Virus record (IMG/VR): IMGVR_UViG_3300019378_000009
Location: 1 to 64,000 of that record
Direction: 5' to 3' (one strand)
Source of the DNA: a virus
Taxonomy: Duplodnaviria > Caudoviricetes
Length of the DNA stretch: 64,000 bases
In this document: piece by piece, positions 1 through 6,681 of the stretch
Numbering within the stretch: position 1 is the first letter of the stretch
How the letters are laid out: the number at the start of each line of letters is the position of its first letter
Program-made: the position numbers and the translations under genes
Notes under the pieces: model-generated
Database searches by the model: none
Seen by the model: the letters and a program-made list of their open reading frames with translations, nothing else
What the model was told of the DNA's origin: nothing

Positions 1-72
1 ATATTGTATCTTTAAATTGTGCCTATCCGCATCAATATGTTAGACCAAAGTAAAATATAACAAGCCAAGAAT

Positions 73-101
73 TTGATTTTTGGCTTATTTTATGCTATAA
101 T
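73..101 (+). promoter_or_regulatory. sigmaA-type promoter with extended -10
   Basis: TTGATT-17 nt-TATAAT with TG at -15/-14. Confidence 0.8.
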
Positions 102-133
102 ATTTATAGAAAGAATGAGAAAGGGTGATGTGA

Positions 134-613
134 ATGACATTTGTAAAACTCTCGGGACAATACGGATGGTGGGAATGGAATCGCGATAGAATGCGTCTTT
201 ATAACTACGATTGCGGACATACTGACATAGATGAGAACTCTGATGAGTGGATGGGTGCTACTTTACTTGAAGCAGACGATTGGCACGATTTATTTATTAA
301 GACTGGATATTGTCCTCTATATGCTTCTATATGGAAGAATGACCTTTGGGTTGATGTAGATGGTCGCACCTATGAGGGAATGGCTCACGAAGTATGTGCC
401 GAGGATATTGGCGAGATACTATGGGGTAGAGATGATGTCGACGGTGATGAACTCATTCGTCTTGGTTGGATAAAGCTGACCACAAGTGGTATGCTTACTT
501 ATTACATTGATTATGGTATGTATGACCATATTACTATGGAGCAAGAAGATGTTATTCGTCGTTGGGCGGAAAATCACGGTATAAAAGAGTTTGATAATGA
601 AACGTGGGCATAA
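134..613 (+). CDS. hypothetical phage protein
   Basis: 159-aa ORF with SD (AAGGGTGA) after a promoter. Confidence 0.8.
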   Translation: MTFVKLSGQYGWWEWNRDRMRLYNYDCGHTDIDENSDEWMGATLLEADDWHDLFIKTGYCPLYASIWKNDLWVDVDGRTYEGMAHEVCAEDIGEILWGRDDVDGDELIRLGWIKLTTSGMLTYYIDYGMYDHITMEQEDVIRRWAENHGIKEFDNETWA

Positions 614-707
614 TGTTGCGGGCGGAAAATTAAAATTTTGCCTTCAAAAAATTGCTTTTATCTTGTTTTATACTATAATATTTATATAAGAAGAAAGGAA
701 AAACTAA

Positions 708-938
708 ATGATTAAAGATAGAACTTATCAGTGTCCCAAGTGCGGCGAAGAAGTTATGATTACTTGCGAAGATTATTCTTGCGATATGGATTCGGCTGTT
801 TGGTACTTTGTTTGTGATAAATGCAGCGCCGAATGGGCAGAATATTTTGACCTTACCTATGTAGGTTACAAGTGTGACTTTCGCTATTATGATGAGAAAG
901 GCGTGTGTACGCACGATTATAACAAGGCGGAAAATTAA
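708..938 (+). CDS. small Zn-ribbon protein
   Basis: CPKC and CDKC motifs, AGAAAGGA SD. Confidence 0.75.
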   Translation: MIKDRTYQCPKCGEEVMITCEDYSCDMDSAVWYFVCDKCSAEWAEYFDLTYVGYKCDFRYYDEKGVCTHDYNKAEN

Positions 939-958
939 AATTCCGCCTTCAAGAAAAT

Positions 959-987
959 TTGCTTTTTAGCGAAATTTGTGATATAAT
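959..987 (+). promoter_or_regulatory. sigmaA-type promoter of first tRNA unit
   Basis: TTGCTT-17-TATAAT, TGn extension. Confidence 0.75.
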
Positions 988-1023
988 ATTTATACAAAGA
1001 AAAGAAAAGAAAAAATTTTTTTT

Positions 1024-1100
1024 GGAGCAGTAGCCCAACGGCAGCAGGCGATGCACTCAAAATGCATACAGTGTGGGTTCGAATCCCACTTGCTCTACCA
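1024..1100 (+). tRNA. tRNA-Leu(CAA), short variable loop
   Basis: cloverleaf, ATGCA-CTCAAAA-TGCAT anticodon arm, TTCGAAT T-loop, CCA end. Confidence 0.9.
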
Positions 1101-1127
1101 GTAGTTGATGTCATCCTTTTCTTTCTT

Positions 1128-1153
1128 CCCGTGGTAGGCGGGTAATCCTACCA
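1128..1153 (+). ncRNA. compact H-type pseudoknot before tRNA-Gln
   Basis: CCCG/CGGG crossed with GGTAGG/CCTACC. Confidence 0.6.
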
Positions 1154-1160
1154 TCTATAT

Positions 1161-1236
1161 AGGGGTGTAGCTCATATGGTAGAGCATGGGACTTTGACTC
1201 CCTGTGTAGCAGGTTCGACTCCTGTCACCCCCGCCA
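1161..1236 (+). tRNA. tRNA-Gln(TTG)
   Basis: cloverleaf, CT-TTG-AC loop, 1:72 mismatch typical of Gln, GCCA end. Confidence 0.92.
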
Positions 1237-1260
1237 ACAAACATAAGAAAGGAAATATCT

Positions 1261-1470
1261 ATGCCTAAGTTCGTATATATTGAAGATGATCCTTATGAGG
1301 GTTATTTGCCAGACAATGAGGTGATGGCTTATCATAAGCGTCAGGCAGGTTTCGATGTAAAACATAACATTCGCACAGCGGTTAATCTTGCAACGGCATT
1401 GCCCGAAGATAGTATGGCATTTCACTTTTTGATGAGCCAAGATCCTTGGGACGACGATTGGGGGAATTAA
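1261..1470 (+). CDS. hypothetical protein
   Basis: 69-aa ORF with AGAAAGGA SD. Confidence 0.7.
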   Translation: MPKFVYIEDDPYEGYLPDNEVMAYHKRQAGFDVKHNIRTAVNLATALPEDSMAFHFLMSQDPWDDDWGN

Positions 1471-1472
1471 GT

Positions 1473-1679
1473 ATGACGCTAAAAGAAGCAATAGACATTG
1501 GTCGTGCTATGCATTGTGTAACTATTGCAGATGTAGATGAACTTATTTTTCATTTGTATGAAGATATGGGCATTTGGACAGAAGAAGAGTTGCACGAGTA
1601 TTGGAACGACTATGAAACTTGGTGTAAGCTTTATCACGAAGAATTTCCGAACGCAAAATTCATTGATTTGAAAATTTGA
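1473..1679 (+). CDS. hypothetical protein
   Basis: ATG 2 nt after upstream stop; acidic phage-like composition. Confidence 0.65.
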   Translation: MTLKEAIDIGRAMHCVTIADVDELIFHLYEDMGIWTEEELHEYWNDYETWCKLYHEEFPNAKFIDLKI

Positions 1680-1704
1680 TTTTTGGCAAAATTTATGATA
1701 TAAT
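1676..1704 (+). promoter_or_regulatory. sigmaA-type promoter
   Basis: TTGATT-17-TATAAT with TG. Confidence 0.75.
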
Positions 1705-1777
1705 ATATATGTAAGAAAGCAAGAGAAAAAACTTTTGAACCGCTGAATGTCCAGACGCGGTATATAAACCAGTGGCG

Positions 1778-1802
1778 TCCGCGGTAGGCGGAAAATCCTA
1801 CC
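1778..1802 (+). ncRNA. compact H-type pseudoknot before tRNA-Glu
   Basis: TCCG/CGGA crossed with GGTAGG/CCTACC. Confidence 0.6.
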
Positions 1803-1813
1803 TCCTTTTCTAT

Positions 1814-1888
1814 GGGTGTTTAGTCAAGCGGTTAAGATAGGTGCTTCTCAGGCATCAGACAAGAGTTCGATTCTCTTAACACCTACCA
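1814..1888 (+). tRNA. tRNA-Glu(CTC)
   Basis: cloverleaf, GGTGC-TTCTCAG-GCATC, CCA. Confidence 0.9.
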
Positions 1889-1891
1889 TAT

Positions 1892-1968
1892 GCTTCCGTA
1901 GTCTAACAGGAATAGGATAGTGCCCTTTCAAGGCATTGATGCGGTTTCGAGTACCGCCGGAAGTACCA
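1892..1968 (+). tRNA. tRNA-Glu(TTC)
   Basis: cloverleaf, GTGCC-CTTTCAA-GGCAT, CCA. Confidence 0.9.
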
Positions 1969-1971
1969 ACA

Positions 1972-2053
1972 GGCAATAAGATAGATAGGAGTAATTAACC
2001 TATTGACAAGAGCCGACCTTCTCTTCTTATTGTCAATTACATTAAGGTCAGGA
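1972..2053 (+). promoter_or_regulatory. structured leader of GIY-YIG gene (3-way junction plus pseudoknot next to the SD)
   Basis: GGCAATAAG/CTTATTGTC closing stem, two inner hairpins, loop GACCTT complementary to AAGGTC abutting SD. Confidence 0.55.
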
Positions 2054-2060
2054 TAGAATA

Positions 2061-2834
2061 ATGGTCGGTATTTATAAAATAACTAACTTAATTAATGGAC
2101 ATTCTTACATTGGTCAGTCTGTATGTATCACAGAGAGATGGAATAATCATCGCTGTGCCGCTAGAGAAGGCATAGATTATCCATTATATCGAGCAATGAG
2201 AAAATATGGATTAGATAATTTTTCTTTTGAAATTATTGAAGAATGTCCACAAGAATTGTTAAACGAAAGAGAAAAATATTGGATAAGCTATTATAATACT
2301 TATTATGATGGCTATAATCAAACATTGGGTGGTCAAGGTGCATCTGTTGTAAATCCTAAAATTACAGAAATTAAACAAGAGTTAAAACAGTTTAATTTAA
2401 CAATAAAACAAATTGCAGATAAATACAATCTTTCTCCACAACAATTGGCGGCTATTAATAATGGCAGAGCACATTTTGATGAGAATGAATCTTATCCTAT
2501 TAGAAAGAATGTATTCCAAGTAGCTACTTATATTAATAAGCACGGCGATGGAGCACCCAATCATTGTATTGATTGTAACAGACAAATAAGCAAAGGAGCC
2601 ACGCGATGTAGCGAATGTTCTCATCGCCATCAATCTAAAGCAGATAGACCAAATCCAATAATTTTAGCACAAGAAATACTTTCTATGGGATTTTGTGCCG
2701 TGGGAAGAAAATATGACGTATCTGATAATGCTATACGCAAGTGGTGTAAAGCATACGATATGCCAACCAAAAAGCCAGAAATGCAAAAATGGCTTAATCA
2801 ACAATTAGATATTACTACATCAAATGATGTTTAA
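2061..2834 (+). CDS. GIY-YIG homing endonuclease with C-terminal Zn finger/HTH
   Basis: GIYKITN...YIGQS, catalytic R and E, CxxC pairs, VGRKYxVSDNAIRKWC. Confidence 0.9.
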   Translation: MVGIYKITNLINGHSYIGQSVCITERWNNHRCAAREGIDYPLYRAMRKYGLDNFSFEIIEECPQELLNEREKYWISYYNTYYDGYNQTLGGQGASVVNPKITEIKQELKQFNLTIKQIADKYNLSPQQLAAINNGRAHFDENESYPIRKNVFQVATYINKHGDGAPNHCIDCNRQISKGATRCSECSHRHQSKADRPNPIILAQEILSMGFCAVGRKYDVSDNAIRKWCKAYDMPTKKPEMQKWLNQQLDITTSNDV

Positions 2835-2837
2835 TAT

Positions 2838-3350
2838 ACCAGTGGGTGTTCCGACACCGGTCCATGCCTCGAGAGGACAAAGTTGCGGCGTCGATGTTGT
2901 AAGTTTCACGACGATAAACTTAACTTACCGTGAGGAGACCAAAGTCCGCCAAACGATAGGCAACGATAAGGGGTTACCAATTTATCCCAAATTGGCGTAG
3001 GCTGGCAAGTGGAAGCGTTATTATCAACTTGTCTCTTGGTAGAGCAAATGGAACCATAAGGAAAAGCAATGTGCAATTTGTGGGTTTACATTAAACCCTC
3101 TAATGCGACCGAGGTAATATCAAGGCGCTCTCGGGAATGGCAAAGGGCGCGGCAGCAGCCACGAGAAGGACAACTCGTACAAAACCCAAGCTGGGGAACG
3201 CAATACAAAAGAGCCATAATGTTTGCGTAACTTGTGATGAGGCTATGTCCCTTACAAGTGGAACCTGAAACAGAGGTGTGTAGAAACCTAGCAAGGCCGC
3301 GAATCACTACAATGTGCGCACAAGGCACAGAATCGTATGTCTGTGCCTTA
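2838..3350 (+). ncRNA. unidentified large structured RNA A (~510 nt)
   Basis: GC-rich, no credible ORF, many hairpins and a pseudoknot, abuts a tRNA; boundaries approximate. Confidence 0.55.
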
Positions 3351-3353
3351 TAT

Positions 3354-3425
3354 GGCAAAACCTTCGGCAAGGAACATCGTCTCATACACGAAGTCAATTA
3401 GGATCGACACCTATTTTTGCCACCA
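3354..3425 (+). tRNA. atypical tRNA with CAT anticodon
   Basis: GGCAAAA/TTTTGCC acceptor plus ACCA, TCGT-CTCATAC-ACGA, short D arm, T-loop ATCGACA. Confidence 0.65.
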
Positions 3426-3460
3426 CGACGCGTTACATTATTGGTTTCCTCCTTTCTTTC

Positions 3461-3489
3461 TAGCGGAGGGGTAGCCGCTAATCTACCCC
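3461..3489 (+). ncRNA. compact H-type pseudoknot before tRNA-fMet
   Basis: TAGCGG/CCGCTA crossed with GGGGTAG/CTACCCC. Confidence 0.65.
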
Positions 3490-3497
3490 ACTTTTCT

Positions 3498-3573
<76 letters not shown>

Positions 3574-3759
3574 TTACCCATAGGATGAGGGTAGTTAATA
3601 GTCCTACTGTTTCTTTGTTTTAGTGAAAAACATTGGCACGACAGTAAGTGAAGTTACTGTGATGTTCTTACCATCGGTTGTAAGACACGGTTTCCGTATT
3701 TATCGTGGCGTTGACTTGGGTCCGCAAGCCTGACTAGCAAAATACGGTTATAAGAAAAT

Positions 3760-3788
3760 TTGATTTTTTGTCTAATTTGCGTTATAAT
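3760..3788 (+). promoter_or_regulatory. sigmaA-type promoter
   Basis: TTGATT-17-TATAAT. Confidence 0.7.
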
Positions 3789-3814
3789 AATTATACAAAA
3801 GAAAAAAGTTAAAT

Positions 3815-3888
3815 GCGGGTATCGTATAACAGTAGTATAACGGTCTTCCAAACCGTGGGCACCGGGCCAGCACCGGTTATCCGCTCCA
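3815..3888 (+). tRNA. tRNA-Gly(TCC)
   Basis: GCGGGTA/TATCCGC, CT-TCC-AA loop, U73, variant T-loop GCCAGCA. Confidence 0.88.
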
Positions 3889-3890
3889 AA

Positions 3891-4545
3891 GCGCAGATTG
3901 GGTGACACGAGCATGAGAAGTAGATAGCGGTTGAAAATCGTGCGGGAGAGAGTACCTCTACCCAAGAGGGAAAGTCAGAGCTTTATGGCGATAAGATAAA
4001 AGTCTGATAATGCTTATCCCACCGAAGAATACGGTATATAAACTCGCTAAGGGTGCAGAAAACCCTTCGGTTGACCTCGTTAGACACTTAGATTGTTTGT
4101 CAGGGCTTTGTAGGGATAAAGTGGTCAAAAACCTTCCGCCTCTTCTGGCGTTAACGGGCATCAGGTTGGTGATGTAAAATTTACGGCAGCGGTGGGCCGT
4201 ACCAGTACATCCGCAAGGTGGTTAGTGCTTGCACCAATAATGAAGCGACGTCGGCGGAGGCGAGAAACACCGTGGAGCCAACTAGTTCGGCGTATGTAGA
4301 CTATGTATGGAGCAGCCATCTAAAAAGCCGGGGTCTCGTATCCGTGAGCAACGAGGAGTGCATTGGAACTCTGGCACTATAAAGATTATTGATTCATTGG
4401 GCGGATATAGATGTTAACCACGTCGAGTAGCATCAAACCTTTGTCGGTCGGATAGTCCGCAAAAACACCGTGGCGGGAGCGTATCTCCTGCTCCAACCCG
4501 AGGATTGAGGGGATGGTAACTACCGACCTACTGAAACAGGTAGCA
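3891..4545 (+). ncRNA. unidentified large structured RNA B (~650 nt; may extend to 4805)
   Basis: ORF-free, GC-rich, numerous stems between tRNA-Gly and tRNA-Ser. Confidence 0.55.
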
Positions 4546-4550
4546 TAAAA

Positions 4551-4648
4551 ATTTCACACGATTCACTGGGCTCCGGGTGGTTCAACTCCACCTGTCTGGC
4601 AATGTGCTAGGCATGAGGATGTAGGATGTTGCGGAGATAGTGTGAAAT
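4551..4648 (+). ncRNA. circularly permuted tRNA-like RNA (YrlA/Y-RNA-like)
   Basis: closing stem, then T arm GGTGG-TTCAACT-CCACC, loop-closed 9-bp acceptor, D-like arm with GG, back to closing stem. Confidence 0.6.
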
Positions 4649-4807
4649 AGTTACAGTCGCGAATGTAACAAACGCGACTTCTTGGACGCAAGAGTTGCGG
4701 ACGGACGGAAGGAACATATCCGTCGTTAAAGAACCCGTATATGGTAGGCGGCGAATCAACCACGCAGAAGAATAGCAATGCACTGCGATAACAAAAGCAG
4801 CTTATAT

Positions 4808-4898
4808 GGAGGATTGGAGTAATTTGGTATCTCAAGGGATTGCTAATCCCTCCTACAGTCATCCTGTAGTACAGGTTCGAGTCCTGTATCTTCCGCCA
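4808..4898 (+). tRNA. tRNA-Ser(GCT)
   Basis: long variable arm, TT-GCT-AA loop, GCCA. Confidence 0.92.
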
Positions 4899-5038
4899 TA
4901 CAACGGGCCCCCGGCAGTTTAAAGGCAGTTCTGCCGTACTCGAGCAAACGAGGTAATGTCAAATTTTTGATATTGGGGACAAAACGACCAAAAACGCCAG
5001 AGGCGCCCAACCAAAAATTTTAACGGAGGAAATAATCT

Positions 5039-5329
5039 ATGTATTTCATTATACGCTACAATTGGAATATTAATACTTTTGCGCTTACTAATAGAAAAAC
5101 AGTAGGTTATTTTGATACGCTCTCCAAAGCCTATGATACAATTACAAAGTGTCTACCGAATGACACAGCTCGTAATACAGTAGCAATAGCAGAAATACCA
5201 GAGGGCATAGACCAATACGCACATCCAAAAATGACATTTGAGTGGTGTGAGCAGTATGATTGCTATGTACCTGTCGCGGCAGACGATCCGCGACGCAGTT
5301 TCACTATGTGTTTTACGAGCAGAGACTAA
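5039..5329 (+). CDS. hypothetical protein
   Basis: 96-aa ORF with GGAGG SD. Confidence 0.7.
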   Translation: MYFIIRYNWNINTFALTNRKTVGYFDTLSKAYDTITKCLPNDTARNTVAIAEIPEGIDQYAHPKMTFEWCEQYDCYVPVAADDPRRSFTMCFTSRD

Positions 5330-5349
5330 GTTTCTGCTCTTTTATTTTT

Positions 5350-5424
5350 ACATGGTTAGTTTAACGGAAAGAACAGATGGCTACGAACTATCAGATATGG
5401 GTTCAACTCCTGTACCATGTGCCA
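5350..5424 (+). tRNA. tRNA-Arg(ACG)
   Basis: cloverleaf, CT-ACG-AA loop, CCA. Confidence 0.9.
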
Positions 5425-5426
5425 AT

Positions 5427-5501
5427 GCCCGAATAGCATAACGGATAGTGCAGCGGATTTCTAATCCGCCTATGAGGGTCCGACTCCTTCTTCGGGTGCC
5501 A
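5427..5501 (+). tRNA. tRNA-Arg(TCT)
   Basis: cloverleaf, GCGGA-TTTCTAA-TCCGC, CCA. Confidence 0.9.
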
Positions 5502-5509
5502 AATAATAT

Positions 5510-5585
5510 ACTGGTGTAATTCAGTGGTTAGAAGCCTCGTCTGATACGCGAGTCGTCGGTGGTTCGAATCCACCCACCAGTACCA
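5510..5585 (+). tRNA. tRNA-Ile(GAT)
   Basis: cloverleaf, CT-GAT-AC loop, CCA. Confidence 0.9.
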
Positions 5586-5670
5586 CGCCAGAGATGAGTA
5601 ACAAATTAGCGCCACCTGGGCAATAAATAAAGACGCAAATAAGTAGTTAGCTGATTTAAAGCTATCATAT

Positions 5671-5756
5671 GCTCTAGTCGCATAGTGGCCGATTGCACTC
5701 GCCTTGTAAGCGAGAGACGAAAGTCCCCGTCCGTTCGAATCGGACCTAGAGCTCCA
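5671..5756 (+). tRNA. tRNA-Thr(TGT) with extra variable arm
   Basis: CTCGC-CTTGTAA-GCGAG, GAC-GAAA-GTC variable hairpin, CCA. Confidence 0.85.
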
Positions 5757-5758
5757 AT

Positions 5759-5835
5759 GCCCCCGTAGGCCAACTGGAAGAGCCGTCAGTCTTAGAAACT
5801 GAATGTTGTGGGTTCGAATCCCACCGGTGGCACCA
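5759..5835 (+). tRNA. tRNA-Leu(TAG), short variable loop
   Basis: TCAGT-CTTAGAA-ACTGA, CCA. Confidence 0.88.
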
Positions 5836-5959
5836 AAGCGTTATGGTTCGCGCTCCATCGTGGTCCATATAAAAACTGGGAGAGCCGCCAAGTATGGTAG
5901 ACTTGTCGGTAGCAAGGGGTAAAACACTACCAGTCCGATTCACGGCACCCTTGCAGTAT

Positions 5960-6033
5960 GTTCGCTTCGTATAATGGTAGTATGCTGACTCTTAATCAGT
6001 AAGGTATGGGTTCGAGTCCCATGGCGAGCACCA
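5960..6033 (+). tRNA. tRNA-Lys(CTT)
   Basis: cloverleaf, CT-CTT-AA loop, CCA. Confidence 0.9.
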
Positions 6034-6054
6034 AAAACAAAAGAAGGTAATTTT

Positions 6055-6267
6055 ATGGAACACAGAGAGTGGATTGAGTTTTTAGTAGACAAATTTATTA
6101 CCAATGAAACTAAAGTACGATGCTGCGGCAGTTGTATGGGAGGTTGCATAAATCCTACAACTTGTTTCATCTGTTGTGGTTTTTCTGCGCAACATCTTAA
6201 CGATTATATTGAAAAAATTGGCAAAGATAAACTTAATCAAGAATTTGAACAAAGAATGGTCGAGTAG
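6055..6267 (+). CDS. Cys-rich small protein overlapping tRNA-Cys
   Basis: GAAGG SD, 7 Cys in 19 codons, stop codon lies inside tRNA-Cys. Confidence 0.65.
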   Translation: MEHREWIEFLVDKFITNETKVRCCGSCMGGCINPTTCFICCGFSAQHLNDYIEKIGKDKLNQEFEQRMVE

Positions 6268-6343
6268 TCAAGTGGCTTAAGACTCCGGTCTGCAACACCG
6301 CGTACCTTAATTGGCGTGAGTTCGAATCTCACCTCGACCTCCA
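6258..6343 (+). tRNA. tRNA-Cys(GCA), long variable region
   Basis: GGTCGAG/CTCGACC, CT-GCA-AC loop, U73, CCA. Confidence 0.88.
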
Positions 6344-6368
6344 ACGCAAAATGCGCCGTGACAAAAAT

Positions 6369-6397
6369 TTGATTTTTAGCGCAATTCATGATATAAT
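6369..6397 (+). promoter_or_regulatory. sigmaA-type promoter
   Basis: TTGATT-17-TATAAT with TG. Confidence 0.75.
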
Positions 6398-6570
6398 ATT
6401 ATTGTAAGAAAGCAAAGGAAAAACTTTGTTTCTCTTGCGGGCAAGGTTATATTGGCAGAGTAGATTAACAGCCCTTAATATGAAACGCGAACTGTCCCCA
6501 CAGCACTGTGGATTACAGTGCTAGCCCAGTATGTCGGCTTGAAACTTATACCGTGTTCATACGATAGTTG

Positions 6571-6596
6571 GCGGTTGGCGACTCCGTATAAGTCGC
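6571..6596 (+). ncRNA. compact H-type pseudoknot before tRNA-Asp
   Basis: GCGG/CCGT crossed with GCGACT/AGTCGC. Confidence 0.55.
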
Positions 6597-6606
6597 ATCC
6601 TTTTCT

Positions 6607-6681
6607 GGTCATGTAGCTCAGGGGTAGAGCACCTCGCTGTCACCGAGGAGGTCGGGCTGTCGGAATGCCTCATGATCGCCA
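6607..6681 (+). tRNA. tRNA-Asp(GTC), variant T arm
   Basis: CCTCG-CTGTCAC-CGAGG, G73, T-loop GTCGGAA. Confidence 0.85.

Noticed and set aside
3966-4805. RNase P RNA (GAGGGAAAGTC ... AACAAAAGCAGCTTA)
   Set aside because: The two P4-like halves are not complementary and the span is too long.
6468-6578. Twister ribozyme
   Set aside because: TAA, TATGAA/TTCATA and TCCC..AGC resemble it, but the required 3' GAGGG-type segment is missing.
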